Shown here piece by piece: positions 42,518 through 52,602 of a stretch of DNA of 64,000 bases. Source of the DNA: Bdellovibrionota bacterium. Lineage in GTDB: Bacteria; Bdellovibrionota_C; UBA2361; OMII01. A program made the position numbers and the translations under genes. Below the pieces are notes generated by a model. The model made no database searches. It was not told where the DNA came from and saw nothing but the letters and a program-made list of their open reading frames with translations. The DNA is taken from positions 3,748-67,747 of the forward strand of contig JBIKWQ010000004.1 of NCBI GenBank assembly GCA_044356215.1, given 5' to 3'. Position 1 is the first letter of the stretch. The number at the start of each line of letters is the position of its first letter.

Positions 42518-44018
42518 CCCCGAGTCCGACGGAAAGCGGATCCTTAGAGGATTCCAGTGGACCTATATCTCAGTAGCTTTGCAGGGGCTACTTAAACTAG
42601 TTGCTCTGATGATACTCGCGCGGATACTCACTCCGCGTGATTTCGGTCTACTTGGATTCGCTCTTATCTGCACAAACTTCGTGGAGCGAATCGGGCAGGG
42701 GGGCTTCGCTCCCGCGATTGTACAGGTCGAGGAAGCTACTCAGAGCATAATAACAACAGCTGCGCGCACTAGCGTTGCTTTCGGCTTCTTTTCGATGGCT
42801 GTTTTGGCTCTTAGCTCAGGGGCGGTCGCCACGTTTTTTGGTGAGAGGGAGTTAGCTCTTGTAGTCATAGCGCTCAGTGTCGGATGTCTAATCGAATCTA
42901 TAGTCGCGATACCAGAGGCTTTGTTACAGCGAGAGTTGCGGCTCAAGGAGATTATGTTGGCCGAAAATGTAGCCTATCTGATATCAATGATCGCGATCTG
43001 CCCAACTATGGCGCTCTTTGGTTGGGGCGTCTGGTCATTAGTCATAGCGCAGCTCTCTTTGAAGGTAATTAGGTTAGTTATGATTCAAAGAGCGGCGCCA
43101 CCTTGTCTGTCAGGTATGTGGTCGACAGTGGAGGCGCTCAAGCTGACAAAGCTAGCATTTGGTTTTAGCCTAGGAAGACTCCTAAATTTCTTCTCGCTGC
43201 AGGGAGATAATTTTGTAGTCGGAAGGCTTTTAGGTACTGAGGCGCTTGGAATGTACAACCGAGCCTATCAGCTGATGACCCTGCCAGCGATGTACTTCGG
43301 TCAGGTATTCGAGCGAGTTATGTTTCCGGCGATGGCTAGAAAGCAGAGCAACAAGAAGGAGCTGGGAGATGAGTTCCTAATTGCACTTGAGGTGATTACA
43401 GCGATAGCGCTGCCAGCAGGGGTGGTGATGTTTGCTTTGGCTAACGAGATCGTGCTTGTTGGGTTTGGACCTCGGTGGATAAGTGTGGTTCCAGTGGTTA
43501 GCGTACTTTCCTTCGGTGTCTTTTTTAGAACTGCCTATAAATGCAGTGATACAGTAGTGCGGTCGTTAGGAGCAGTTTATGATTATGCCGGTCGACAAGC
43601 TCTGTACGCAACCCTTGTGATCGGAGGGGCTTATTTCGGCGCTAAGTATGATCAGATAGGTGGTGTCGCCGTCGGAGTGGTCTTAGCTGTGGCGATTAAT
43701 TATGTTTCGATGACCCGACTTAGCTCAAAACTTTTAGGTTTGAGGATACGTCAGATTGTTTGGACGCACGCGCTTGGGATCTGGAGCAGCCTTTGGGTTA
43801 GTGCCGGGTTGGCGTTGGCGATGGGTGAGCTCAGAAACCTGGAGCTATCGCCTGTGATATTATTGATGACGGCAGTAGCGGTTGCTCTTATTAGCTGGAC
43901 ACTCAGCGTTCTAATTGCGGCACTGCTTGTTCCGTCCATTAGTGTACGTAGAGCAATGATATATTTAAGAACGGCTAGGAGGGTTAACCGTATTGGGGAG
44001 CCAAGGGGGATTGTTTAG
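42507..44018 (+). CDS. wzx: Wzx-type polysaccharide flippase (MOP/PST family)
   Basis: 503-aa 12-14 TM protein with PST-family N-terminus; divergent from the ligase gene. Confidence 0.75.
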   Translation: MTHTPESDGKRILRGFQWTYISVALQGLLKLVALMILARILTPRDFGLLGFALICTNFVERIGQGGFAPAIVQVEEATQSIITTAARTSVAFGFFSMAVLALSSGAVATFFGERELALVVIALSVGCLIESIVAIPEALLQRELRLKEIMLAENVAYLISMIAICPTMALFGWGVWSLVIAQLSLKVIRLVMIQRAAPPCLSGMWSTVEALKLTKLAFGFSLGRLLNFFSLQGDNFVVGRLLGTEALGMYNRAYQLMTLPAMYFGQVFERVMFPAMARKQSNKKELGDEFLIALEVITAIALPAGVVMFALANEIVLVGFGPRWISVVPVVSVLSFGVFFRTAYKCSDTVVRSLGAVYDYAGRQALYATLVIGGAYFGAKYDQIGGVAVGVVLAVAINYVSMTRLSSKLLGLRIRQIVWTHALGIWSSLWVSAGLALAMGELRNLELSPVILLMTAVAVALISWTLSVLIAALLVPSISVRRAMIYLRTARRVNRIGEPRGIV

Positions 44019-44024
44019 TTCTCC

Positions 44025-44046
44025 TTTAGGGAAGGCCGGCAAAACC
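44025..44046. repeat. Solo copy of the 22-bp repeat TTTARGGAAGGCCGGCAAAACC (same as the MITE-like element ends)
   Basis: TTTAGGGAAGGCCGGCAAAACC 7 bp after the wzx stop; matches 46128-46149 and the reverse complement of 46367-46388. Confidence 0.7.
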
Positions 44047-44164
44047 TCGCTTGCGCGATATTTTTTTAGAAACGGCGCGTTTGCGCCGTTTAGGTAGATG
44101 CTGCTGTTGCCAGAAGCTGATAATATCTGTGGCATGACACAGAGAACATTCGCTTAAACTAAAC

Positions 44165-44190
44165 TGGGCATCGAATGCCCTTGTCATTTT
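44165..44190 (+). terminator. Possible short terminator hairpin
   Basis: GGGCAT-CGA-ATGCCC followed by TTGTCATTTT. Confidence 0.3.
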
Positions 44191-44253
44191 GGCTTTCTTA
44201 GCGAAACAAGAAAGGACTAATGGTTAGTGCCGTTGTAACTACTGGCCTTGAGC

Positions 44254-44916
44254 TTATCGGGCCCCCGAGCCTGAAAGCACGACAGAGATAGTTTTTAGTG
44301 CTATCCAGAGGTCAAGTATAAGGCTCCATTGTCGTATGTATATCAAGTCTAATCCGAGTTTGCGGCGGTAGCCTAACACTCCGTCAGGGTAGCCCTGAAT
44401 GACTTGGGCTAAGCCAGTTAGCCCAGCCTTAGCTTGTAGCCGCTGATGAAACCGTGGAATTGACCCAGAGAGCTGCGCGGCTATCTCAGGCCGCTCAGGG
44501 CGTGGACCAATAAGAGACATGTCTCCACGCAGAACGTTAAAGAGCTGCGGAAGCTCATCTAATCTCGTACGGCGTAGAAAGCGCCCGATCGGCGTCACCC
44601 GATCGTCAGTTCTTGCCGCCAAAGTCGCGCCACCTTCGGATTCAGCATCCACTCGCATTGAGCGGAACTTCCACAGTGTAAACTCTCTGCCCCCCTGTGT
44701 GAGTCTGGTTTGACAGTAAAGTGCTGGCCCAGGTGAAGTGAGTTTAATAGCAATCGCGACCAGTATCATTACCGGAGAGAGAATTGCAATTAACGCTAGT
44801 GAAGCTAAGAGATCAATCCCTCTTTTCAGCAAGCCAGAGAGGCTATTAAAGGCTGAACCCTTCTCTTTATTAATAATGTGTGACGATCCCATGCTACATC
44901 CTTTTCTACTAAACAC
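44254..44916 (-). CDS. initiating sugar phosphotransferase (WbaP/PglC-like monotopic phosphoglycosyltransferase, bacterial sugar transferase family)
   Basis: Single N-terminal TM then conserved PGT C-terminal domain motifs (RPGLTGLAQV, DL.Y). Confidence 0.8.
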   Translation of the reverse strand: MFSRKGCSMGSSHIINKEKGSAFNSLSGLLKRGIDLLASLALIAILSPVMILVAIAIKLTSPGPALYCQTRLTQGGREFTLWKFRSMRVDAESEGGATLAARTDDRVTPIGRFLRRTRLDELPQLFNVLRGDMSLIGPRPERPEIAAQLSGSIPRFHQRLQAKAGLTGLAQVIQGYPDGVLGYRRKLGLDLIYIRQWSLILDLWIALKTISVVLSGSGAR

Positions 44917-44988
44917 TACCGTCCGCTGTGGCGAGGATCACAGCGGCTTAAACTCAAAAGATGGTATTAGATTTCTCGGTTTTTATTT

Positions 44989-46098
44989 ATGCGTGTAGTC
45001 ATTCTTTACAATTCAAGTTGGTACGTTTTTCTTTTAAGACGGAATCTCGTCTTATCGTTACGAGCTCTAGGGCATGAAGTTACTGTCATAGCGCCGGTTG
45101 ATCGTTACACCGAGCGAGTAAAACAGATGGGTGTTTCTTTCTTACCGATTGCGATTGATGGAGCTGGGCGCTCTCCTGTTGGTGAGGTGAGGACTCTGAC
45201 ATCAATAAATAGGGCACTAAAAACAGCGCGACCTCACGCGGTTCTATCTTTTACAGTTAAGTGCAATCTCTATGCAGGTCTATGCCGTCGATTCATGGAT
45301 TTTAAGCATATCGCCAATGTATCAGGGTTGGGTGAGCTCTTTGATTTGAACTCAAGGCTTAAAAGAGCCGCCGAGCTGCTTTATAGAATAGCTCTTGGAA
45401 GAACTAACGTAGTCTTTTTTCAGAATGAACAAGATAAGGATCTACTTGTTAGCAACGGCGCGGTAGAACGCGCCCGTTCGCGTGTAATTCCGGGCTCCGG
45501 TGTAGATCTTGAGCGTTTTACGGCTGACCTTAGGATGCCGAGCTCACAGAGGACGTTCCTTATGTTTGGCAGGCTACTTCCGAAGAAGGGTTTTGATCAC
45601 TTCATCAACGCGGCGCGCGAAGTGCGTCAGCGGCTTGGAGATGATGTGGCATTTTGGATTATGGGTGCTGCCGACCCGCAGCGCGCTGAGTCCCTGGAGC
45701 TACTTGAGCGGGTGAATGGCGCACATGCAGAGGGAATAATTCGGTATCTTCAATCCACAGATGATCCTTTGCCGACTATTAAAGAGAGTGACGTGGTAGT
45801 GCTCCCTTCTACATATAATGAGGGGATACCGCGTTCGTTACTAGAGGCACTAGCTTGTGGCAAGCCTGTTATCACAACGGATTGGAAGGGGTGCCGGGAG
45901 ACCGTAGAGGATGGAAGGAATGGATTTCTTGTCAAGCCAAACGATACCAAGTCGCTGGTAGCTGCGTTTGAGGCCGTGGCAAAAAAAGAAGCAGATGAGC
46001 TCCTTTTGATGGGGCGCAACAGTCGAGAGTTAGCGGAGCGTCGCTTTGATGAAAGGGTGGTGTTGGATGCCTATCTGGGGGCGTTGGGAGAGGAATAG
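44989..46098 (+). CDS. GT4-family glycosyltransferase
   Basis: C-terminal EX7E motif (STYNEGIPRSLLEALACGKPVITTD); 369 aa. Confidence 0.8.
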   Translation: MRVVILYNSSWYVFLLRRNLVLSLRALGHEVTVIAPVDRYTERVKQMGVSFLPIAIDGAGRSPVGEVRTLTSINRALKTARPHAVLSFTVKCNLYAGLCRRFMDFKHIANVSGLGELFDLNSRLKRAAELLYRIALGRTNVVFFQNEQDKDLLVSNGAVERARSRVIPGSGVDLERFTADLRMPSSQRTFLMFGRLLPKKGFDHFINAAREVRQRLGDDVAFWIMGAADPQRAESLELLERVNGAHAEGIIRYLQSTDDPLPTIKESDVVVLPSTYNEGIPRSLLEALACGKPVITTDWKGCRETVEDGRNGFLVKPNDTKSLVAAFEAVAKKEADELLLMGRNSRELAERRFDERVVLDAYLGALGEE

Positions 46099-46127
46099 GG
46101 ATAATAAAGGATTTACCGAGGTTTTCA

Positions 46128-46388
46128 TTTAAGGAAGGCCGGCAAAACCCCTCCCTACTGCGAAAGCGGATCTTGAGCTGCTCTTCGAGTTTTCGAGATG
46201 GGAAAAAATCCTCAATGTATCACAGCGGATACACTTCCGACCTTCGCTAAAGCTACGGCCGGCGAGATAATGTAGGACCAGACGTAGCCGTGGCGTAGTC
46301 TGGTGCGGTTTTTCCCCATCTCGAAAATCGAATATCAACTCAACCTCCACTTTCTCGCTACGGGTAGGTTTTGCCGGCCTTCCTTAAA
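46128..46388. mobile_element. MITE-like 261-bp element with 22-bp terminal inverted repeats TTTAAGGAAGGCCGGCAAAACC and extended internal dyad symmetry
   Basis: Left end 46128-46149 is the exact reverse complement of right end 46367-46388; internal second inverted repeat (TTTTCGAGATGGG(G)AAAAA); a solo end copy at 44025; the 73-aa ORF inside it is probably spurious. Confidence 0.6.
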
Positions 46389-46553
46389 CAAAGAGTAAAA
46401 GAGATCGGCGAGCCTTAAAAGGGTTTTTACCTACTTTTTGTCCTGATTACTTTCTGTGAAGCCTTATCTCCCAGGATGTGGGTAATGGTCAGACGGAAAG
46501 GGAGGACAACAGTGGCAGATCGGGTACGTTCACGAGCACGATCAAGTGCCTCT

Positions 46554-48920
46554 TTAACTCCGCCTCGGATAGTTTGATCCATATGCCATAATATCGCTGG
46601 CTGAGTCACTCTTAGTTGCCCCATTGAGCACAGTTCCGATTATCCTTGCGCGGACCCGAGTCAGCTTCTCTCGAGCCTCACGCACCGTATGTCGCGGAGT
46701 AAAGCCGCCACGAACAACTAGAATAACACTGTCCACTGCACGAGATATTAACAGAGCATCAGCCACTGCCATAATCGGTGGAGTATCTACCAAGATAAAG
46801 TCATACCGATCCTTGAGTCCGGAGAGCAATCTTTTCATACTCTCAGACCCAACTAGCTCAGCCGGATTTGGTGCGGGAGCTCCAACTGGTAAAAGGTCAA
46901 GACCCGGTACTCCCGTTTCGTAAATGACGCTCTCAAGCGGCAATCGCAACGTTAGTAGGTCGCTCAAGCCACGGTGTTCCTCATGTTGTCCAAGAAATAA
47001 CTTGCTTAGCCCACACATCCTTAGGTCGCCGTCAATTATTAAGGTCTTGTGATTCGCTTGTGCCAAGGTAACTGCAAGGTTAGATAGTAGCGTTGTTTTT
47101 CCCTCACCCTGAATCGAGCTAGCTATCATAATCACCCTAGGTGGATAGTCAGCCGATGAGAGTAGGACGTTTGCTCGGATACTCCTGAGGGACTCTGATA
47201 TCGCCGTGTGCGGAGCGGAGATGGTGACTAACGCCTTGCTCTCCGTGGGCCTATCTTCACTTAACAGAAGCTTCTCTTTTGATTTAGCGACATCCTCGGA
47301 CTCCTTTGATTCCGGTAAATGATCGATTACTCCAGGAGTCTTCGTAAGGGTTTTATCTTGTGAATTGAAATCAGGTACTGACCCCAGTAGCGGAAGATCG
47401 ACGATCTGTCGGAGCTCTTGTGTAGTAACTATAGTATCGTCTAAAGACTCGAGAATGTAAGACATGAGAATTCCGGCGCTTAGTCCGACTATAGAAGCTA
47501 AAATCACGATTATATTGGTCTTAGGAGCACTTGGAGATGTAGGAAGCGTGGCATAGTCAGCAACAAAAACATTTGATGTAGTTACCGAGGCACTCATCTC
47601 GATCTCTTTGGCCTGTTTTAATACGGCTTGATAGAGTTCCCGAAGAGAAGAGGCTTCCTTACTGAGTACGTCATACTGAATAAGTTTCTTTGCCACGTCC
47701 TGAGCTTTCGACTTTTCGCTCTCTATCTGATCCCTAAGGGAGTTCTCCGCGTTGTTGTCGGCGCTAAACTGGGCTTCTAAAGACTGCAGGCCCTGTTTTC
47801 GCTCATCGCGGATAGCCTTTCGGAGCGCTGATATCTTAGCTTGAAGTTCACGCATGGTGGGATATGCGGCTGTCACCTGACTACCCAAGCTGGCGTACTC
47901 GGTCTCCGACTGTTTTAGACTGGCGCGTAACTGCTGTGTAATTTCGCTATCAAAAAACGTACCTTCGTCTTCTCGTTGTTTACGGGCCTGGTTGAGTGCG
48001 CTCTCTGATTTAATTCTTTTTCCCGTCGCGTCCGCTAGCATCTGAGCCAGTGACTCAATATGACGGTGATTTAGTCCAGCGCCGTCGTTATTCCTGACCA
48101 AAAGCAATTTGTTCGCTGATGCATAAGCGCCCAATTGATCCTCGGCGGCGGCTACTCGCTCCCGTAGTGCGTCACTTTGAGCAATAAGAAGTTCTATGTT
48201 CGCGTGGATCGCCCCTTGACGTTCGCGTTTTAGATGCTCAATGAACTCGGTAGCGTGCAAATTCGCGATCTTTTGTGATAGGGCGCGATCTGTTGTTGTT
48301 GCTTTTATGTGGACGAGGTTAGTTTCATGAACCGGATTGATATCGATTAATGAGAGGTAGCGGTTGATCTCGCCAGGGGAGTGCTTGAAAAATCCGGAGC
48401 CCTTTATTGGAGTCGCACTCTCTGCACTTGATATAGTCGGAGCTATCGTTCTGAGCAGCTTTGATAGTGTAGCTTTTAAAACGGATTTATCCTTCCAGTA
48501 ATTGCCAAGATCTCGATGGAGGTTGTTCTTTCCCAGCGCAGCGTCGGCTAGTCCAGCAAGCTTCAGTTTCGCGACAGTTGTCTTAAGGTACTCAATTTTT
48601 CTCGAATCTGTTCCAAAGAGGTTCTCGCTCTGAATTGAGGCTAAGATCGGGGCGTGGCCGCGTAGCTCAATCGTTGTATCGGCGGTGTAAGACGAAGGAG
48701 TTAGATAGCAATAAGCTAGAGCTATAAAAGCGGCGCCACAGCAGTGAGCTATAATCAATTTAGAGCGCTTCTTAAGTAAGGAGAAAAGGTGGGATATCTC
48801 GGTTTCGGAGGATCCCTCGTTTTGCATGCCACGCTCTAGGTATGGCGGATAGAGGTAGGTACTTAGGTCTCCGTCCTGAGAAACAGGAGTCAATTGGTAT
48901 AGCGAGTGCTGGTGTGACAT
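46554..48920 (-). CDS. wzc: polysaccharide co-polymerase / BY-kinase (Wzc/GumC-like PCP2a with C-terminal P-loop ATPase)
   Basis: Wzz-like N-terminal domain, two TMs, long coiled-coil, Walker A SIQGEGKTTLLSNLA and Walker B VDTPP; Tyr-poor C-terminal tail. Confidence 0.8.
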   Translation of the reverse strand: MSHQHSLYQLTPVSQDGDLSTYLYPPYLERGMQNEGSSETEISHLFSLLKKRSKLIIAHCCGAAFIALAYCYLTPSSYTADTTIELRGHAPILASIQSENLFGTDSRKIEYLKTTVAKLKLAGLADAALGKNNLHRDLGNYWKDKSVLKATLSKLLRTIAPTISSAESATPIKGSGFFKHSPGEINRYLSLIDINPVHETNLVHIKATTTDRALSQKIANLHATEFIEHLKRERQGAIHANIELLIAQSDALRERVAAAEDQLGAYASANKLLLVRNNDGAGLNHRHIESLAQMLADATGKRIKSESALNQARKQREDEGTFFDSEITQQLRASLKQSETEYASLGSQVTAAYPTMRELQAKISALRKAIRDERKQGLQSLEAQFSADNNAENSLRDQIESEKSKAQDVAKKLIQYDVLSKEASSLRELYQAVLKQAKEIEMSASVTTSNVFVADYATLPTSPSAPKTNIIVILASIVGLSAGILMSYILESLDDTIVTTQELRQIVDLPLLGSVPDFNSQDKTLTKTPGVIDHLPESKESEDVAKSKEKLLLSEDRPTESKALVTISAPHTAISESLRSIRANVLLSSADYPPRVIMIASSIQGEGKTTLLSNLAVTLAQANHKTLIIDGDLRMCGLSKLFLGQHEEHRGLSDLLTLRLPLESVIYETGVPGLDLLPVGAPAPNPAELVGSESMKRLLSGLKDRYDFILVDTPPIMAVADALLISRAVDSVILVVRGGFTPRHTVREAREKLTRVRARIIGTVLNGATKSDSASDIMAYGSNYPRRS

Positions 48921-48928
48921 ATCTTTAG

Positions 48929-50044
48929 CTAGTTAACTCTCTTATTCACCGCAAATCCGTTAAAGATTCCGTTTATTGTTTCAACGATCTGACGTTTAAA
49001 GAACCTACCCGAATGACTGGGGACCCTAACAAGGTCTCCGTTCCGAAGCCTGACATCTGGGCCACCACGCAGGCCGACCTCTTCAAGGTCAAGAGAGATT
49101 AGAGCTTTTCGCCCAGCGCCTACATCACGAATTACCTCAACGTTGTTAACGTCGGCTGAGTATGTGAATCCTTTTGCCGCCGCGATTGCGCCGATTACTG
49201 AAGTTCGTCCGGTCAACTTAAATGAGCCTGGCGTTGCGACCTCGCCGTCGACCTCGTATGTTCCGGCCTCAGGAACTATGATCGTGTCACCTGGAGCCAG
49301 GGGAATAGTTAGTGGGCGCTTGTCGATAGTGCCGATAAGGTCCTCTAGGTCTATCTCTATGCCGCTTCCGTTGTCGTTGGTTTGGGTGCTAACAAGCGAT
49401 AAGGTTGGAGTACCCGAGTTTTTCACTGGAATGGGCTCCTTTATCTTTGGGGTTGGTAACAGGATTATCCGAGTGCCTGCTGCTGGAGAACGACCACCAG
49501 CTTCACTTAAGAGCTCAGTTAGTAGTACGCCGCGGCGGGTTAGGGGATATGTCCCAGGCTTGTTAACCTCACCTATGACAGAGACCCGACTCGTAGAGAA
49601 TGTCTTTAATGAGACTAGAACCTGTGGTGACCTGATAAAACGTGAATACCGTTTGGCGATGGCTGATTGTGCTTCCTCAACAGGCAGGCCTCCAACATCT
49701 ACCCGACCAACAAGTGGGAGAATTACTGCTCCATCAGAAGCTACAGCGGAGTTGGCAGTTAGGTTGTTGAATCCAAAAACCGATACGTCTAGGACATCAC
49801 CGGTTCCGAGTGGATATCCCCCTCCAGAGCCTGTGTTTGCTAGTAGGTTTTTGCGCGCATCTATTAATACAGAAACCCTTTGAGAAAGATTAGCCTCGTA
49901 GCCGTTGAACGCGTCGATTCCATTCAGCAGATTTGGGCTGCCCTGGGATTGATGTTGGGGTGATTCAAGCTCCTTGTGCGATGGCGTATAGCGCAAGCAT
50001 CCCGTAAATAAAACTAGAATTATGGTGATAAGAAGGTATCTCAT
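48929..50044 (-). CDS. wza: outer-membrane polysaccharide export lipoprotein (Wza family)
   Basis: Lipobox LFTGC, Poly_export motif and SLBB-like repeats; directly upstream of wzc. Confidence 0.8.
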   Translation of the reverse strand: MRYLLITIILVLFTGCLRYTPSHKELESPQHQSQGSPNLLNGIDAFNGYEANLSQRVSVLIDARKNLLANTGSGGGYPLGTGDVLDVSVFGFNNLTANSAVASDGAVILPLVGRVDVGGLPVEEAQSAIAKRYSRFIRSPQVLVSLKTFSTSRVSVIGEVNKPGTYPLTRRGVLLTELLSEAGGRSPAAGTRIILLPTPKIKEPIPVKNSGTPTLSLVSTQTNDNGSGIEIDLEDLIGTIDKRPLTIPLAPGDTIIVPEAGTYEVDGEVATPGSFKLTGRTSVIGAIAAAKGFTYSADVNNVEVIRDVGAGRKALISLDLEEVGLRGGPDVRLRNGDLVRVPSHSGRFFKRQIVETINGIFNGFAVNKRVN

Positions 50045-50232
50045 GGCTAGTAGCTCTTATATTGAGTCGAGGGGAGATAATGGCTCAAGATTGACCGTGT
50101 GTGAGATAACAGCCGTCATTATACAGCATATGAAGTTCAAAGTTCACGTTCCGAAGGTAATTAATGAGGTTGATTATTCGTCTCGGAAGCCGCAAGATGA
50201 CGGCCAGAGGCGGATTTATTTAAATCTTAACT

Positions 50233-51195
50233 ATGAAGAAGGTATTGGTAACAGGAGCTGCGGGATTTATCGGTTCGCATGTGGCAGAGGCTCTGCTCAA
50301 GCGTGGTGACCAGGTAGTGGGAATAGATAACATAAACGACTATTACCCAGTTAAGTTTAAACGTGAAAATCTGGAGATCCTCGCACGCCATCCCGGGTTC
50401 AAATTCGTTGAAGGTGAGTTAACAGATAAGCACCTTGTAGATTCACTCTATGAAACAGAGGGATTTACGCATCTAGCGCACTTAGCGGCGAGGGCAGGAG
50501 TCAGACCCTCAATAGCCGATCCAGGGTTGTATCAGCGCGCTAATATCGAAGCCACTTTAAACCTGCTTCAGGGAGCTGTAGGTAAGGGCCTAGAGAATCT
50601 AGTTGTCACGTCTTCTTCTTCGGTTTACGGAAATTCGAGAGCAATACCTTTTCGTGAAGATGACTCGGCAACTGATAGACCGATCTCTCCTTATGCAGCG
50701 ACAAAGAAGGCCACTGAGGTGTTGAGCTATACGTATCATTCTCTTTACGGGCTCAATATAAATGTAGTGCGCCCATTTACTGTTTACGGAGCTAGGGGGC
50801 GTCCTGATATGGCCCCGTGGCTGTTTATTGAGTGGGCACTCCAAGGAAAGAAGATCCGCAAGTTCGGCGATGGAACAACGCGCCGTGACTATACTTACAT
50901 CGGCGATTTTGTTGCGGGCTTCGTAAACGCTATAGATCGTAACTTTGGCTACGAGATCTTTAATCTTGGAAATTCGGCTACGGTTTCGCTGAATGAGGCG
51001 CTCGATATCGTGCGAGAAGTGACCGGCAAGGAACTTGTGATCGAACAGCTCCCGGAGCAGCCGGGGGACGTGGCGATCACAAACGCTGACATATCGAAAT
51101 CGAGAAGGCTTCTTGATTACGATCCTAAGACATCTTTTGGGGCAGGGATGCTCAAGTTCTGCCAATGGTACAAAGAGAACCGGCTAGGGCGGTAA
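50233..51195 (+). CDS. NAD-dependent nucleotide-sugar epimerase (UDP-glucuronate/UDP-GlcNAc 4-epimerase-like)
   Basis: GAAGFIGSH Rossmann motif, YxxxK (YAATKKA); 320 aa. Confidence 0.8.
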   Translation: MKKVLVTGAAGFIGSHVAEALLKRGDQVVGIDNINDYYPVKFKRENLEILARHPGFKFVEGELTDKHLVDSLYETEGFTHLAHLAARAGVRPSIADPGLYQRANIEATLNLLQGAVGKGLENLVVTSSSSVYGNSRAIPFREDDSATDRPISPYAATKKATEVLSYTYHSLYGLNINVVRPFTVYGARGRPDMAPWLFIEWALQGKKIRKFGDGTTRRDYTYIGDFVAGFVNAIDRNFGYEIFNLGNSATVSLNEALDIVREVTGKELVIEQLPEQPGDVAITNADISKSRRLLDYDPKTSFGAGMLKFCQWYKENRLGR

Positions 51196-51235
51196 GCTAA
51201 CCGGTGTAACCAGTTTTCTAGGTCTGTATATCCAT
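51164..51235. repeat. 72-bp direct repeat, copy 1 (covers the epimerase 3' end)
   Basis: Identical to 52700-52771; encodes the epimerase C-terminus (QWYKENRLGR*) on the + strand. Confidence 0.9.
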
Positions 51236-51405
51236 TTTACCCCGTGAACGGTTACTCCATTTCGTTCATGGACTCTGTTATGAGGCTTATCGATGTGCGA
51301 TCGGGCTTAAGTCCATAAAGCTGGGGCACACCAACAGTATACCATAAATTTAACACCTGTTTAAAATACTTTACATTATATTGAATAGGTATTAAGTTTA
51401 CAGCT

Positions 51406-52602
51406 ATGAGTACTAGAGCCCTTTCCTCGCATATTCTCGCCGATTTAAAGGGTAAAAAGATGGTAATGCTTTCCGGCCCTCGCCAATGTGGAAAAACGAC
51501 ATTGGCGAAAGCGCTTCCTGAACTATCTTCTGATATGGCGTACTACAATTGGGATGTTGCGCCGCACAGAGAAAAACTTAAAAATTACAAACTTGATGAA
51601 TCAAAGCACTATTGGGTTTTCGATGAACTTCATAAATATCGAGCCTGGAGAAATTGGCTCAAGGGGGTTTACGATTTACACCATACACATCATGAAATTT
51701 TAATAACTGGCAGCGCACGACTTGACCAGTACGCACGAGGGGGAGATTCACTCCAGGGCCGCTATTTTCACTACCGTTTACACCCCTTTACCTTAGGGGA
51801 GGTTCTTAACCTACCAGAACAAAATTATCGCAAATCCTTAGAACGAGCCGCTAAGGTTAGTTGGTCTGCTCACGCTCAAAATACACTGCTAGAACTATTG
51901 AAATTCGGTGGCTTTCCGGAGCCTTTTTTAAGTAAGTCGACAAGCTTTGCAGGTAGATGGCGCTTGGCGTACAGCCAGCGTTTGGTGAACGAGGATGTTA
52001 GAACACTTGAACAAACGCAAGAATTAGATCAGATGAGTTTATTGTACGACCGCTTACCAGACTTAGTTTCGAATAATCTATCGATCAATAACCTAGCAAA
52101 AGATCTGGAGATCTCCCACCAAACCGTCGCTAAGTGGATCGGAATTTTTGAGAAATTATATGCTAACTTCTACGTCTTGCCTTATGGTGAGCCTGCAATT
52201 AAGGCCATAAAAAAAGAAAAGAAACTGTATCTCTGGGATTGGGCGCGCCTATCAGATCCAGGGGCGAGGCTAGAAAATCTCGTAGCGCTGCATTTACTAA
52301 GGTTAGTGCATTGGTTTGAGGATATCTACGGAGAGATACTTGAGCTCAGATATATAAAAGATATAGATGGGCACGAAATTGATTTTTTACTCCTACGTAA
52401 TAAGCTTCCTTGGATTGCAATAGAAGTCAAAAACTCTGAGCAAGGCATCAGTACAGGTTTTAAATATTTGTTGAATAAAATTAGAATTCCATATGCCTAC
52501 CAGATCCATTTAAAAAGTGAACTAGTTTATAAACTCGCTAACATAAATCAGAGCACTGTTTATGCTTTGCCAGTGAGCAATTTTCTTTGTGGATTACCGT
52601 GA
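51406..52602 (+). CDS. AAA-family ATPase of the DUF4143/AAA_14 type
   Basis: Walker A GPRQCGKTT; typical ATPase plus DUF4143 C-terminal architecture; markedly AT-rich relative to its flanks. Confidence 0.75.
   Translation: MSTRALSSHILADLKGKKMVMLSGPRQCGKTTLAKALPELSSDMAYYNWDVAPHREKLKNYKLDESKHYWVFDELHKYRAWRNWLKGVYDLHHTHHEILITGSARLDQYARGGDSLQGRYFHYRLHPFTLGEVLNLPEQNYRKSLERAAKVSWSAHAQNTLLELLKFGGFPEPFLSKSTSFAGRWRLAYSQRLVNEDVRTLEQTQELDQMSLLYDRLPDLVSNNLSINNLAKDLEISHQTVAKWIGIFEKLYANFYVLPYGEPAIKAIKKEKKLYLWDWARLSDPGARLENLVALHLLRLVHWFEDIYGEILELRYIKDIDGHEIDFLLLRNKLPWIAIEVKNSEQGISTGFKYLLNKIRIPYAYQIHLKSELVYKLANINQSTVYALPVSNFLCGLP

Noticed and set aside
46129-46350. 73-aa minus-strand ORF predicted inside the MITE-like element
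   Set aside because: Lies entirely within a near-palindromic repeat; the ORF is a by-product of the dyad symmetry, with no RBS and low-complexity translation.
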